Of a stretch of 37,382 bases of DNA, positions 18,356 through 26,858 are shown in pieces. The position numbers were made by a program, and so were the translations under genes. Position 1 is the first letter of the stretch. Each line of letters starts with the position of its first letter. This stretch comes from Bacteriovoracaceae bacterium (GTDB lineage Bacteria > Bdellovibrionota > Bacteriovoracia > Bacteriovoracales > Bacteriovoracaceae). Location: positions 1 through 37,382 of the forward strand of contig JABIHA010000093.1 in assembly GCA_018649885.1 (NCBI GenBank). Direction: 5' to 3'. A model generated the notes under the pieces. The model was not told the origin of the DNA, made no database searches, and was given only the letters and a program-made list of their open reading frames with translations.

Positions 18356-20251
18356 ATGTTAATGGACGCGTTCAAGCTTATAATTTTCTTTATTTTACCT
18401 TTCAGCCTTATAGCGGGGGATTTAAATCAAACCTATCATATTGATCCCACGAAGAAGTCATTAGGTGAGGTTAAAACTGTGGGCGAAAATGCTTGGAGTG
18501 AAGAACTTGAAAGCGGTGAGAGCTCAAGTTTAAAAAATAAGCTAAAAGAAATTCCAGCACTAAATTTAAAATCTAAAAGCACTGGTAATCACTACCGTAT
18601 GGAAGAATTTTCGATCCAAGGTAAAAATAGTGATACCACCTCACTTAAGTGGGCGGCCCAAAATTTTAGATCGGGATTATCTGGTAGGTCTCAAATGGAG
18701 ATGATTCCCCTAGGGGACTTTAAGTCTGTTGAGCTCTCTTCAGTCGGTGATAGTAGCTCTCCAGGTGGCGAAATAAGGCCTGGTGAGCGCATAAGAAGGC
18801 CTTTCTCTGAAGTTTCTGCCGATGGCCTTGGCCATTATGGGATACGTGCAGGCACTGGAACTGCGGCTGATATTGGTCTTACTATTAATTTAGAGAGAAA
18901 TTTGGCCAAGCAAAAAATTTACGATCATAGGAAAGGTCAAAGAGTTGATCTTGACAATGATAGGGAAGACTTCATTTCATTAAATGGGGTGTGGGAGATT
19001 GAGAAGAATTTAAATTTTGGTTTATTTCATTCAAGGACTAAAAAGGGCATTAGTGGTGATTTTACCCAAAATTTTCAAAATATCGAAGAAGACAAAAACC
19101 TTTCACTGATTTACTTTAATTCTCAAAGAAAAATGGGAGGACTTACCCATGACGTAGTGGTGAGTGGAAAGTTATTTCGTTCTAAAATTTCTGATCCCTT
19201 TAAGGAATCCCAAAACTTTGGCTCTGAGTTTTCACAAAAAGAGCAAAATATTGCTGGCTCCTATGAGTTTGGTTTAAAGAGGTCTTGGGGCGAGATGAGG
19301 CCATCATTTCAATTTGATGGTGGAGAATTCGAAGTTGCAGGAGATGCACGCGCTGCCTCTGTCTATAAAAGAAAGTCTCTTAAGCTAAGACCTCACTACA
19401 AATTCCGTTTTTTTGAAACAAAGCTGTCTTCCAATTTAATCTATGATAACTACCTGCCGAGTTCTAGTCCTGGGGAAAGACACAGAAGTAGAGACTATTC
19501 GGCCATCATTTACGCTTCTCCTAACGTAAAAAAATGGAATATAAGCTTCCCGGTAACTTTGTCTTATGCCGATAGATCACCAACATTGGTTCAAAAATTT
19601 GGGAATAACTCACTTTACCAAGGTAATCCTAATCTTATCAGTGAAAGATACCCCACACTAGAAGCAGGTTTTGAATACAAGAATTCAGGCCAATTCATTT
19701 CACTCATATACTTTCATTCAAGGCCCAAAAATTTAATTAGCTATGAGCAAACATCATTTAATTCTTTTAGGGCGAAAAATATTGGAAAAGTTTGGATTAA
19801 TGGTGGAAGAGTAGAATCAATTTTAAAGGTGAGTGAGTATGGTCTTGCTGCAAAGACCGGCGCGACCTATCAGCAAGTTTTAAACAACACTGATGGCAGC
19901 AATTTAGGAAATAACATTCCCTTTAGACCAAAATATCAAATTTCATCGAAGCTTAGTAAATCGTGGGGTGATATCTTATCAGTCTTTTATAGGTTGGAAT
20001 ATACAGGTCGTTACTTTTCAGATGACTCTAATATTATTGAATATCCAAGCTACCTTGGAAACGACATTGGCTTTGAGTGGAAACCAAACCGCTTATTCAT
20101 CAATGGGGGGATCAATAATGTATTGGATAAACATCGAGGCAAAGTTAGCACAGAGGCGTTACTGGGGTCACAGGAACGCGCCATTAAATCCCCACTAGGT
20201 GAATATAAGAAAGGTCGAAATATTTATATCGGAGCAGGTTATGTATTTTAA
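18356..20251 (+). CDS. TonB-dependent outer membrane receptor, BtuB-like
   Basis: Signal peptide, RSPT...GNPNLISE, GINNVLDK and C-terminal GRNIYIGAGYVF beta-signal; preceded by the B12 riboswitch. Confidence 0.85.
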   Translation: MLMDAFKLIIFFILPFSLIAGDLNQTYHIDPTKKSLGEVKTVGENAWSEELESGESSSLKNKLKEIPALNLKSKSTGNHYRMEEFSIQGKNSDTTSLKWAAQNFRSGLSGRSQMEMIPLGDFKSVELSSVGDSSSPGGEIRPGERIRRPFSEVSADGLGHYGIRAGTGTAADIGLTINLERNLAKQKIYDHRKGQRVDLDNDREDFISLNGVWEIEKNLNFGLFHSRTKKGISGDFTQNFQNIEEDKNLSLIYFNSQRKMGGLTHDVVVSGKLFRSKISDPFKESQNFGSEFSQKEQNIAGSYEFGLKRSWGEMRPSFQFDGGEFEVAGDARAASVYKRKSLKLRPHYKFRFFETKLSSNLIYDNYLPSSSPGERHRSRDYSAIIYASPNVKKWNISFPVTLSYADRSPTLVQKFGNNSLYQGNPNLISERYPTLEAGFEYKNSGQFISLIYFHSRPKNLISYEQTSFNSFRAKNIGKVWINGGRVESILKVSEYGLAAKTGATYQQVLNNTDGSNLGNNIPFRPKYQISSKLSKSWGDILSVFYRLEYTGRYFSDDSNIIEYPSYLGNDIGFEWKPNRLFINGGINNVLDKHRGKVSTEALLGSQERAIKSPLGEYKKGRNIYIGAGYVF

Positions 20252-21356
20252 GTATTGTCTTTTATTAGTAGTTTCAGTTCTTCTTTTTTCATGTGGAAAA
20301 CCACAGAAATCTGATGGGAAGTCTGGTTTAAATAATGTTGATATCTCAAAAATAAAAGATGCTGAAAAAGATGCAGAGCTAGTTTTTCTTTCAACGGATT
20401 ACAAAACTATTACCCATATCCATTTCCTGCTCGCTCAGAAAAGCTATAGTATTGAAGGTGGAGATTTTTATCTGACATCTGTGGGCGACAAAGTCTATCT
20501 TGCTTCAGGTGATGATCGAGGGGAACTCTATACCTTTTCAAATTCGGGTGTATCACTTTTAACAGAGCAATTAGATATCTATAAAAAAACTCAAAAGATT
20601 TTGGAAGTAGATGGTGAAATTTATAGAGTCAATAGAGACAGCTGTACCTTCTCACCTATGAGTGGCCAAAAGGAAATAAATCTATCAACGTATTCTGACA
20701 CAGCTGAGTATTGCAGGCCCGGAAAAATCTATGGTAGCGAAAATGGAGCTGAGGAAAATAAATTATTTGAACTCATTTCTTTTGAAAGTGAAAAACTTGC
20801 CATAACTTTTGATAAAATAATTAAGCTTTCTGGAGAAAACCTTGAACCTGCCCATTTTTCAAATCTTAGCTTTGGTAACCCATATGCCTATGGTGTGACC
20901 CAGTACTTTGATTACCTATTTGTGGCCCAGTCCGGCCCATACCTTGCAAATTGGAATTCAGGGATAGATATTTTTAACAGCATTGGAGAGCTCTCTCTCT
21001 CTTATGATATGGAGTCTCTGGGGCTCAAAGGTCAACGGATATTGGCCCTTGAAATGACTCCACTAAGGGAGTTAATCCTTTTAACTTCAGAGGGCTTTAG
21101 TACTTCACATATTTACCGAATTCTTCCTTTTGATCTGGCCGTAGGGACTGCTAAACTTGAAAAACTTTATTCTCATGCTGGATATATTGGGGCCATTACC
21201 TACTCAAGTAGCTCTGATATGCTCTATATCTCTTCTCCTGATGGGATCATTTTGTATTCCATGGATAAAAGAGAAGTTACAGGTGAGATTCATTCTCTTA
21301 AGTATGGTGAGAGTACTATAGAGCTAAAAAATGTCAGCAAAGCTTTGCTTCTCTAG
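20241..21356 (+). CDS. Lipoprotein, probable beta-propeller (BtuG-like position)
   Basis: ATG 20241 after GGAG gives MYFKYCLLLVVSVLLFSC (lipobox). Repeated short beta motifs (KVYLA, YLFVA, MLYIS). Overlaps the receptor stop. Confidence 0.7.
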   Translation: MYFKYCLLLVVSVLLFSCGKPQKSDGKSGLNNVDISKIKDAEKDAELVFLSTDYKTITHIHFLLAQKSYSIEGGDFYLTSVGDKVYLASGDDRGELYTFSNSGVSLLTEQLDIYKKTQKILEVDGEIYRVNRDSCTFSPMSGQKEINLSTYSDTAEYCRPGKIYGSENGAEENKLFELISFESEKLAITFDKIIKLSGENLEPAHFSNLSFGNPYAYGVTQYFDYLFVAQSGPYLANWNSGIDIFNSIGELSLSYDMESLGLKGQRILALEMTPLRELILLTSEGFSTSHIYRILPFDLAVGTAKLEKLYSHAGYIGAITYSSSSDMLYISSPDGIILYSMDKREVTGEIHSLKYGESTIELKNVSKALLL

Positions 21357-21468
21357 GGTGTTTCATCACATGTGATCCACTTAGGGATCAATTTTGCAGA
21401 TCTTTTGTGAAAAAACTTCAACAATTTAAATTCGCAGCTCCTTAGCGTGGTATATCTGTGGCTCTAGT

Positions 21469-22140
21469 TTGGAGGTTACTATGGGTCGATTATCGGTCAC
21501 GCTTGTTGTGCTTTTTCTTTTCAATTTCTCTGCCTTTTCTCGTGATTCGCTTCAGGAATTGAAAAATTGTCAAAATTTATACTCTGAGTATCGCTCACTC
21601 GTTTATTCTGAGGATGATGAGATGGCGATGGTATTTTCTGGCATGGCCGCCGCCGGCGGAGCTATTATGGTTAATGGAGCCTTAGTCCCTGAATTTGTAC
21701 CAGCTAACTCTAGTCCACAGGAAATGGCAACTCTAGGTGTCGGACTAATGGTCATTGGAGGTTCTGCAATTGGAATTAAGGCCCTGATTAAGGCCAGAAG
21801 ATATGGAAGGATGAGAAGGCTTATAGGTGAAGTGGTTGCTGCAAAAAATGGAGATGCTGGTCCTTTTAAGTTGTCTGAAAAAACAGTGCTAAAATTAAAA
21901 CGAAAGGAAATGACCATAAGTTTGGGTAATTTACATGATCAAATATGGGCGCTAGGCAAAGATCTTTGCAATGGGAAGTTTTTATTTGATAAAGGGATGA
22001 GCAATATTGGAATTGAAAAACCATACAAATGTGATGATCTCTCTAGTGATAAAAATTATGATTGTCAGGGGAATGTACTTAGAATGTACACAAATTCAGT
22101 ACCCTCTTACAGGAAATTTATCAAGGCCTTGGCAAAATAG
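21469..22140 (+). CDS. Hypothetical exported/membrane protein
   Basis: Probable start ATG 21481 after GGAGG; signal peptide ending AFS and two Gly/Ala-rich hydrophobic helices. Confidence 0.65.
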   Translation: MEVTMGRLSVTLVVLFLFNFSAFSRDSLQELKNCQNLYSEYRSLVYSEDDEMAMVFSGMAAAGGAIMVNGALVPEFVPANSSPQEMATLGVGLMVIGGSAIGIKALIKARRYGRMRRLIGEVVAAKNGDAGPFKLSEKTVLKLKRKEMTISLGNLHDQIWALGKDLCNGKFLFDKGMSNIGIEKPYKCDDLSSDKNYDCQGNVLRMYTNSVPSYRKFIKALAK

Positions 22141-22152
22141 TTGTATTTGAAT

Positions 22153-23553
22153 TTATTCAAAATCTAATGTGAAAAAGCAAAGCTCTTTTTGATCACTGCT
22201 GGAGCTACTTTCTCCTGGAGCTCCCTCTTCACAATATCCAGTTGCTTTAACATAGCATTTTTTCTCAAATGGCCTAGTGCCATCATTGGTCACAGTACAT
22301 GTGTAGCGATTATTCTTAACATCGAGCTTTTCTTTTAAATCGTATTTTTGGCAAGTGGTAACCGAGCAGGCTCCACCTATAATATGGTGAGTACTTTTAC
22401 ACTTTGCATTTGATGTCGCCTTGTCATATTTATCTTTTGCCAGTTTTTCACTGCCATACTCAGTCTTTGTATTTGTATAGCCAAGGCTCGCGGCACTTGC
22501 AGAATCGGAGTAGGTGACACACTTAAATCGAACTTTTTTTCCATCGACAATAAAATTGTCTACAAGCTGTCCAGCTTTATCTGTTTCTGGTTTTCCACTT
22601 AAGTTCCCAAAAACCACCCTAGTTTCTTTGACTTCACTATTTTTTATATCCGTATTTTCGATAGTAGTATCTTTTATGGTCCCTCCGGACAAGATGGCCT
22701 CAGTGTTAAGAGTGAGTTTCCCGGCTTCCATAGTGATAACTTTATGGTCGCCATCCAAACTTCGACTTTTCAGCGACCCTTTGTCGATTTTAATTCTTTG
22801 TTTATTTCTATCTCCAGTATTAGTGAATACAGAGTTCGTAATTGTGGCATCGGTGGTAGTACCACCAGTAATGGTCGCATTTTCAATTTGAATATCTTTT
22901 AATGGCCCACATGGCCCGTTACCTTGAAGTGTTGCTCCTGGAAATAGTTCCTCACAAATTGTTCTTCCTGTCTCATCACTGCTAGAGCAATCAACGATTG
23001 CTCCATCTTCTGTTATGTCGAAGTAAATGCTAGGAACTTCAAGTTTTGGGTAATAATCTACTTTTCCAATTTTCTTGGTGACCATCAATCTTAAGGTTCC
23101 TGTGGCACTTTCACTATCTGCAGTTTTATCTATATTAGTAATATATAATTTTACGTCGTTTAGAGTTAGGCCTCCAATTTGGTCCCCCGCCTCATAGGTC
23201 TTGTTACCTAATTCTAATTTTCCTCCAAGTTGAGAAAAACTATACTCCAAGGGCCTATCTTCGCTAACCCAACTGGCTGCTCCCATATCAATACCAGGGC
23301 CATCGATGAGAGATTGCATAGATGCTTCGCAATTTTCGCTATTAGAGAGGAAGTTTGAGAGGTACATAGCAAATTGACGTGCTTCAAAACTGCCTTCATT
23401 TCTTTTACTAGTTGTTGTGAGGTTTTTATTTAAATGCATCATACTGTATGCCAAGACGCCCATCATCCCCATGGCTATCATTACTTCTATCATTGAAAAT
23501 CCCAATTGATTATTGAGGGACTTCTTAGAGAATTTCTTTGAACTAAAATTCAT
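22153..23553 (-). CDS. Prepilin-type N-terminal cleavage/methylation domain protein
   Basis: Basic leader then G|FSMIEVMIAMGMMGVL class III signal; Cys-rich C-terminus. Confidence 0.85.
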   Translation of the reverse strand: MNFSSKKFSKKSLNNQLGFSMIEVMIAMGMMGVLAYSMMHLNKNLTTTSKRNEGSFEARQFAMYLSNFLSNSENCEASMQSLIDGPGIDMGAASWVSEDRPLEYSFSQLGGKLELGNKTYEAGDQIGGLTLNDVKLYITNIDKTADSESATGTLRLMVTKKIGKVDYYPKLEVPSIYFDITEDGAIVDCSSSDETGRTICEELFPGATLQGNGPCGPLKDIQIENATITGGTTTDATITNSVFTNTGDRNKQRIKIDKGSLKSRSLDGDHKVITMEAGKLTLNTEAILSGGTIKDTTIENTDIKNSEVKETRVVFGNLSGKPETDKAGQLVDNFIVDGKKVRFKCVTYSDSASAASLGYTNTKTEYGSEKLAKDKYDKATSNAKCKSTHHIIGGACSVTTCQKYDLKEKLDVKNNRYTCTVTNDGTRPFEKKCYVKATGYCEEGAPGESSSSSDQKELCFFTLDFE

Positions 23554-23619
23554 TAAATCTTCCTCTTCTACATTTTTGAAGATGAGACTATTATATTACA
23601 GTTACTCTGCGTTTACCTA

Positions 23620-23646
23620 TTTTCGGCAAGTTGAGCTCAAACCTTG
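23620..23646 (-). promoter_or_regulatory. Candidate sigma28 (FliA) promoter for the prepilin-like gene
   Basis: Minus strand CAAG-N15-GCCGAAAA, 66 nt upstream of ATG 23553. Confidence 0.5.
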
Positions 23647-23717
23647 TGCCTTTTAATTTAGGCACATTTGTTTGAATTTTCTTGTCAAACTCTGGCCTAA
23701 AATCTAAAAAGGCAGAT

Positions 23718-24071
23718 ATGAAAACAATTCTTGTCATAGAAGCTCAAGCATTACTCCAACACACAATTACACTAGTGGCTGAGGAGCTCGACCTAAAAAC
23801 TTATACGATCAGCTCTGAGACTCTTGATACGCTATTTTTTCAAAATCTCATGCCCGATTTGATCATCCTCAATCCAAACTCCTATCCAGGTGGGACTCAG
23901 TCATTTTTAGACCTCTATCACGGCCTAGAGGCTCCTATGAAAGCACCAATGTGGATTATTGGAAGCGGTGATGAATACTCAGATAGCAGTGCATTTAGTA
24001 AGTGTTGGTCGCTACCTATAAGTCCCGAGAAAATAAAAAACGATCTTTGCCAGTTATTTCCTTCTAATTAG
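23718..24071 (+). CDS. Single-domain pseudo-receiver (CheY-like) protein
   Basis: MKTILVIEAQ...PDLIILNP...LPISPEKI follows the REC fold pattern, but the phospho-Asp is Asn and the conserved Lys is Leu. Start placed at ATG 23718. Confidence 0.7.
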   Translation: MKTILVIEAQALLQHTITLVAEELDLKTYTISSETLDTLFFQNLMPDLIILNPNSYPGGTQSFLDLYHGLEAPMKAPMWIIGSGDEYSDSSAFSKCWSLPISPEKIKNDLCQLFPSN

Positions 24072-24076
24072 GTTAC

Positions 24077-24242
24077 ATACTCACGTGATTAAGGTTTTCA
24101 AGTAATCTTTGATCCAATTTGATGGCATCTTCGCATTCAAAATCCTTCAACTTGCCTAAGGCAAGCCTTCAGGAGCTTTGAAAGCGAAGATGCCATCAAA
24201 TTGAACCAAATATTTACTTGAAAACCTTAATCACGCGAGTAT
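24077..24242. repeat. 166-bp imperfect palindrome (ERIC/MITE-like)
   Basis: Arms of about 70 bp (ATACTCACGTGATTAAGGTTTTCAAGTAA...GATGGCATCTTCGC / GCGAAGATGCCATC...TTACTTGAAAACCTTAATCACGCGAGTAT) flank a central CTTGCC-TAA-GGCAAG hairpin. Confidence 0.9.
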
Positions 24243-24251
24243 AATTTGTTT

Positions 24252-24350
24252 ATGAGAAATCGCGACGTCATGTTTTTTGCAGCAGCCTTTTTATTAGCCG
24301 CTATCGTCTTTGGCCTAACCCTTTACTTTCGAACAACAACCTTTTCTTAA
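24252..24350 (+). CDS. Small single-TM peptide (32 aa), not in ORF track
   Basis: MRNRDVMFFAAAFLLAAIVFGLTLYFRTTTFS*; ATG lies 6 nt after TATAAT (24240-24245). Confidence 0.5.
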   Translation: MRNRDVMFFAAAFLLAAIVFGLTLYFRTTTFS

Positions 24351-24514
24351 ATTTAAATAAATTCTATTTAGTTAGAGGCCCGTTAATTGAAACATAGTTA
24401 TCAATATTTCTTAAACCCGCGTAGAGATTGTTATTTGTCATGTTATTGTTAGAAGTAGACGAGAGGGTTGGGTGCAGAGAAAGGGGAGTTCCCACATAAA
24501 AATAGGAGTGTGGA

Positions 24515-25540
24515 ATGACTTTTCGGATTAAAAATATACATATCTTTACAGTTGTAATGGTATACATTTCAATCTTTGGCTATCTTTTTTACGCCAAAAA
24601 TCTTCAAACTGAAAAAGTCGCAGAATTAAGCTCACAAAAAAGGGCGCTCTCAGAGTTGTCTGAGAACTTTGCACTTGTTCAAGGCGCTCACCATAAGACC
24701 TTAATGGGAAGCTTCTATAGAGTTACAATGCTCGCACCTTCTCAGCAATTAATGGGGGGTGAGTTACTTAGCGATATTGGGGTAAGTAATCCCTATCGAC
24801 TGACAAGAGTTTCTCCTCTTTTTCCAAAACTAAAAGAGCTATTTTCTGGCTTTAGAACACTAGCAAAAGAAAAGCTTCCTCTAATAAAAGGACTAGAAGC
24901 TCAGAGCTCTTTACTTAGTAGTGATATAGAAAAGCAGGTGGCAAAAATTAAAAGTGGTCAAAGTGAGCGAAATATTAATTTTTTACAAGTGGCTTCAAGT
25001 CTTGGAAAACTTCAAAACCAAGTGAATTTAAATTTTCTCAGTGCTTCACTTGTAATGAAAAACATTACTTACTTTATGTTTTTATTAAAAGGTCTCATTT
25101 TTTCAAGTTTAACTTTTTGGGTATTGCTACTTAGTTTTAATTTTAGAAGAGCTGAAGACGGTAGTGTTTCTATGGATACTACAAAATCTAAAGTGGCCTT
25201 AATTGTGGATGATGAAGAGTCGGTATGGGATACATTTGAAGTACTACTCGATGAAGTAGGCTATAAGTGTATTTTTGCCAAAGACGGTGTTGCCGCTCTT
25301 GATGTTCTAGAAGGAAGAGATGTCGATATTATTTTCTCCGATATATTCATGCCTAATATGGGCGGTGACGTTTTACTTCAAAAGTTACATGAAAGGGGAA
25401 TTAATATTCCAGTTATCCTTATGAGCTGTGATCCTAAGAGACCCAAGTCTTTAGAGGGAGAAGAGGCTGGAAAGATTTTTACAAAATCAGAGCTTCTTAC
25501 ACTTCTGAGCGCTGGAAGTCTTCAAGGTATTGCTGCTTAA
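24515..25540 (+). CDS. Membrane-anchored protein with C-terminal response regulator receiver domain
   Basis: SD AGGAG; TM-periplasmic-TM, then LIVDDE...DIIFSDIFMP...VILMS...IFTK. Confidence 0.8.
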   Translation: MTFRIKNIHIFTVVMVYISIFGYLFYAKNLQTEKVAELSSQKRALSELSENFALVQGAHHKTLMGSFYRVTMLAPSQQLMGGELLSDIGVSNPYRLTRVSPLFPKLKELFSGFRTLAKEKLPLIKGLEAQSSLLSSDIEKQVAKIKSGQSERNINFLQVASSLGKLQNQVNLNFLSASLVMKNITYFMFLLKGLIFSSLTFWVLLLSFNFRRAEDGSVSMDTTKSKVALIVDDEESVWDTFEVLLDEVGYKCIFAKDGVAALDVLEGRDVDIIFSDIFMPNMGGDVLLQKLHERGINIPVILMSCDPKRPKSLEGEEAGKIFTKSELLTLLSAGSLQGIAA

Positions 25541-26850
25541 AATGGCGAAGGCATATCTGGTGAGAGAAGGTACTCTTTCAAGTTCAATGAGTTAAAAATA
25601 AAAACAGGGATTCTTATTCGGTAGAATATTCCATTTTCATGGTGATGCTCGTTAATGATATTTGTATTAGCTCTTACTGTGGATTGCACTTTGGCATCTT
25701 CATACGGGATGAAGAGATCATAGTGATCTTGTTTTTCTAAAAAGTAATTTAGGATATAGTTTCTGAGAGTTGAAATATCCTCTTCAGAGTGAGAGCTTGT
25801 CAAAAAACTGTCTTTATAAGACCTCAGGGCCAATTTTGAGACAAATTTTCCTTCAAGTCGATCACTTTTATTAAATACAATAATCTTCTCTTTATTTTTA
25901 ATATTGAGCTCTTTTAGTACCTGCTCTGTCACCTCTATATGCTTCTTGTATTGTGGGTCTGATACATCTACTACAATTATTAGAAGGTCTGCCTCAAGCG
26001 CCGACTCAAGGGTCGTTTTAAAGCCATTTATGAGAGAAGTTGGTAAGTTTGATATAAATCCAACTGTATCAATGAGAATCATTGGGGGTTTGGTGTCAGG
26101 GTTAAGCATTCTGTAGGTTGAATCAAGGGTTGCGAATAATTTATCCTCTGCAAGGATATTAACTTTGCACAATTTATTCATCAGTGTGGATTTACCTGCA
26201 TTTGTATAACCCACAAGGGCAGCTGTAACAGCTTTTTCCTTTCTTTTCTTTTTTTGCTCTTTTCTCGATTTGGCCACTTCTTTTAGTTGGCGCTTGAATG
26301 ACTCTATTTTTTTTCTAATCATTCTTCGATCGAGTTCAATCTGCTGCTCGCCCTCGCCACCTCTTACTCCAATGGCACCTTTTTGCCTTGAAAAGTGAGT
26401 CCAAAGGCTGGTCAGTCTAGGAAGTAGGTATTCGAGTCTTGAAATTTCAATTTGAATTTTGGCCTCTGCTGTTTGTGCATGCTTGGCAAAGATTTCCAAA
26501 ATAACAGTATTTCTGTCTATGACATCCATATCGGTTAGAGCTTTTATATTTCTAACTTGGCTTGCTGTAAGCTCAAAATCAAAGACGAGTATGGTAGAGC
26601 CTTCAGATCTTGCTCTGTCAGCTATTTCACCTAGTTTTCCTGAACCTAAAACAGTGGCCGCTTCAGGGGTTTTCTTATTTTGGACATATTCATTACCTGG
26701 TTCGAGCCCAAGGGTTCTAAGGAGCTCATTAAGCTCTTTAAGTGAAGCCTGGGTCTGGTCCTCAGTTTGATGCCCTTTAAATGATTCACAAACAATACTG
26801 ACAAGGCTTGCCTTACCCTCTGTTTGTAATTGATAGTCGTCAAAATTCAT
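25537..26850 (-). CDS. hflX: GTPase HflX
   Basis: GEQQIELDRR, LVGYTNAGKSTL, DKLFATLD, DTVGFI and NKSD. Confidence 0.97.
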   Translation of the reverse strand: MNFDDYQLQTEGKASLVSIVCESFKGHQTEDQTQASLKELNELLRTLGLEPGNEYVQNKKTPEAATVLGSGKLGEIADRARSEGSTILVFDFELTASQVRNIKALTDMDVIDRNTVILEIFAKHAQTAEAKIQIEISRLEYLLPRLTSLWTHFSRQKGAIGVRGGEGEQQIELDRRMIRKKIESFKRQLKEVAKSRKEQKKKRKEKAVTAALVGYTNAGKSTLMNKLCKVNILAEDKLFATLDSTYRMLNPDTKPPMILIDTVGFISNLPTSLINGFKTTLESALEADLLIIVVDVSDPQYKKHIEVTEQVLKELNIKNKEKIIVFNKSDRLEGKFVSKLALRSYKDSFLTSSHSEEDISTLRNYILNYFLEKQDHYDLFIPYEDAKVQSTVRANTNIINEHHHENGIFYRIRIPVFIFNSLNLKEYLLSPDMPSPF

Positions 26851-26858
26851 ATTGTGTC

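Noticed and set aside
23660..23675. GGCAC as a second sigma54 promoter
   Set aside because: There is no correctly spaced TTGC on either strand; it is better explained as half of a dyad.
24364..24567. 67-aa minus-strand ORF, or a riboswitch in the 24351-24514 spacer
   Set aside because: The ORF is low complexity and overlaps the next gene start; no c-di-GMP or other riboswitch consensus is recognisable.
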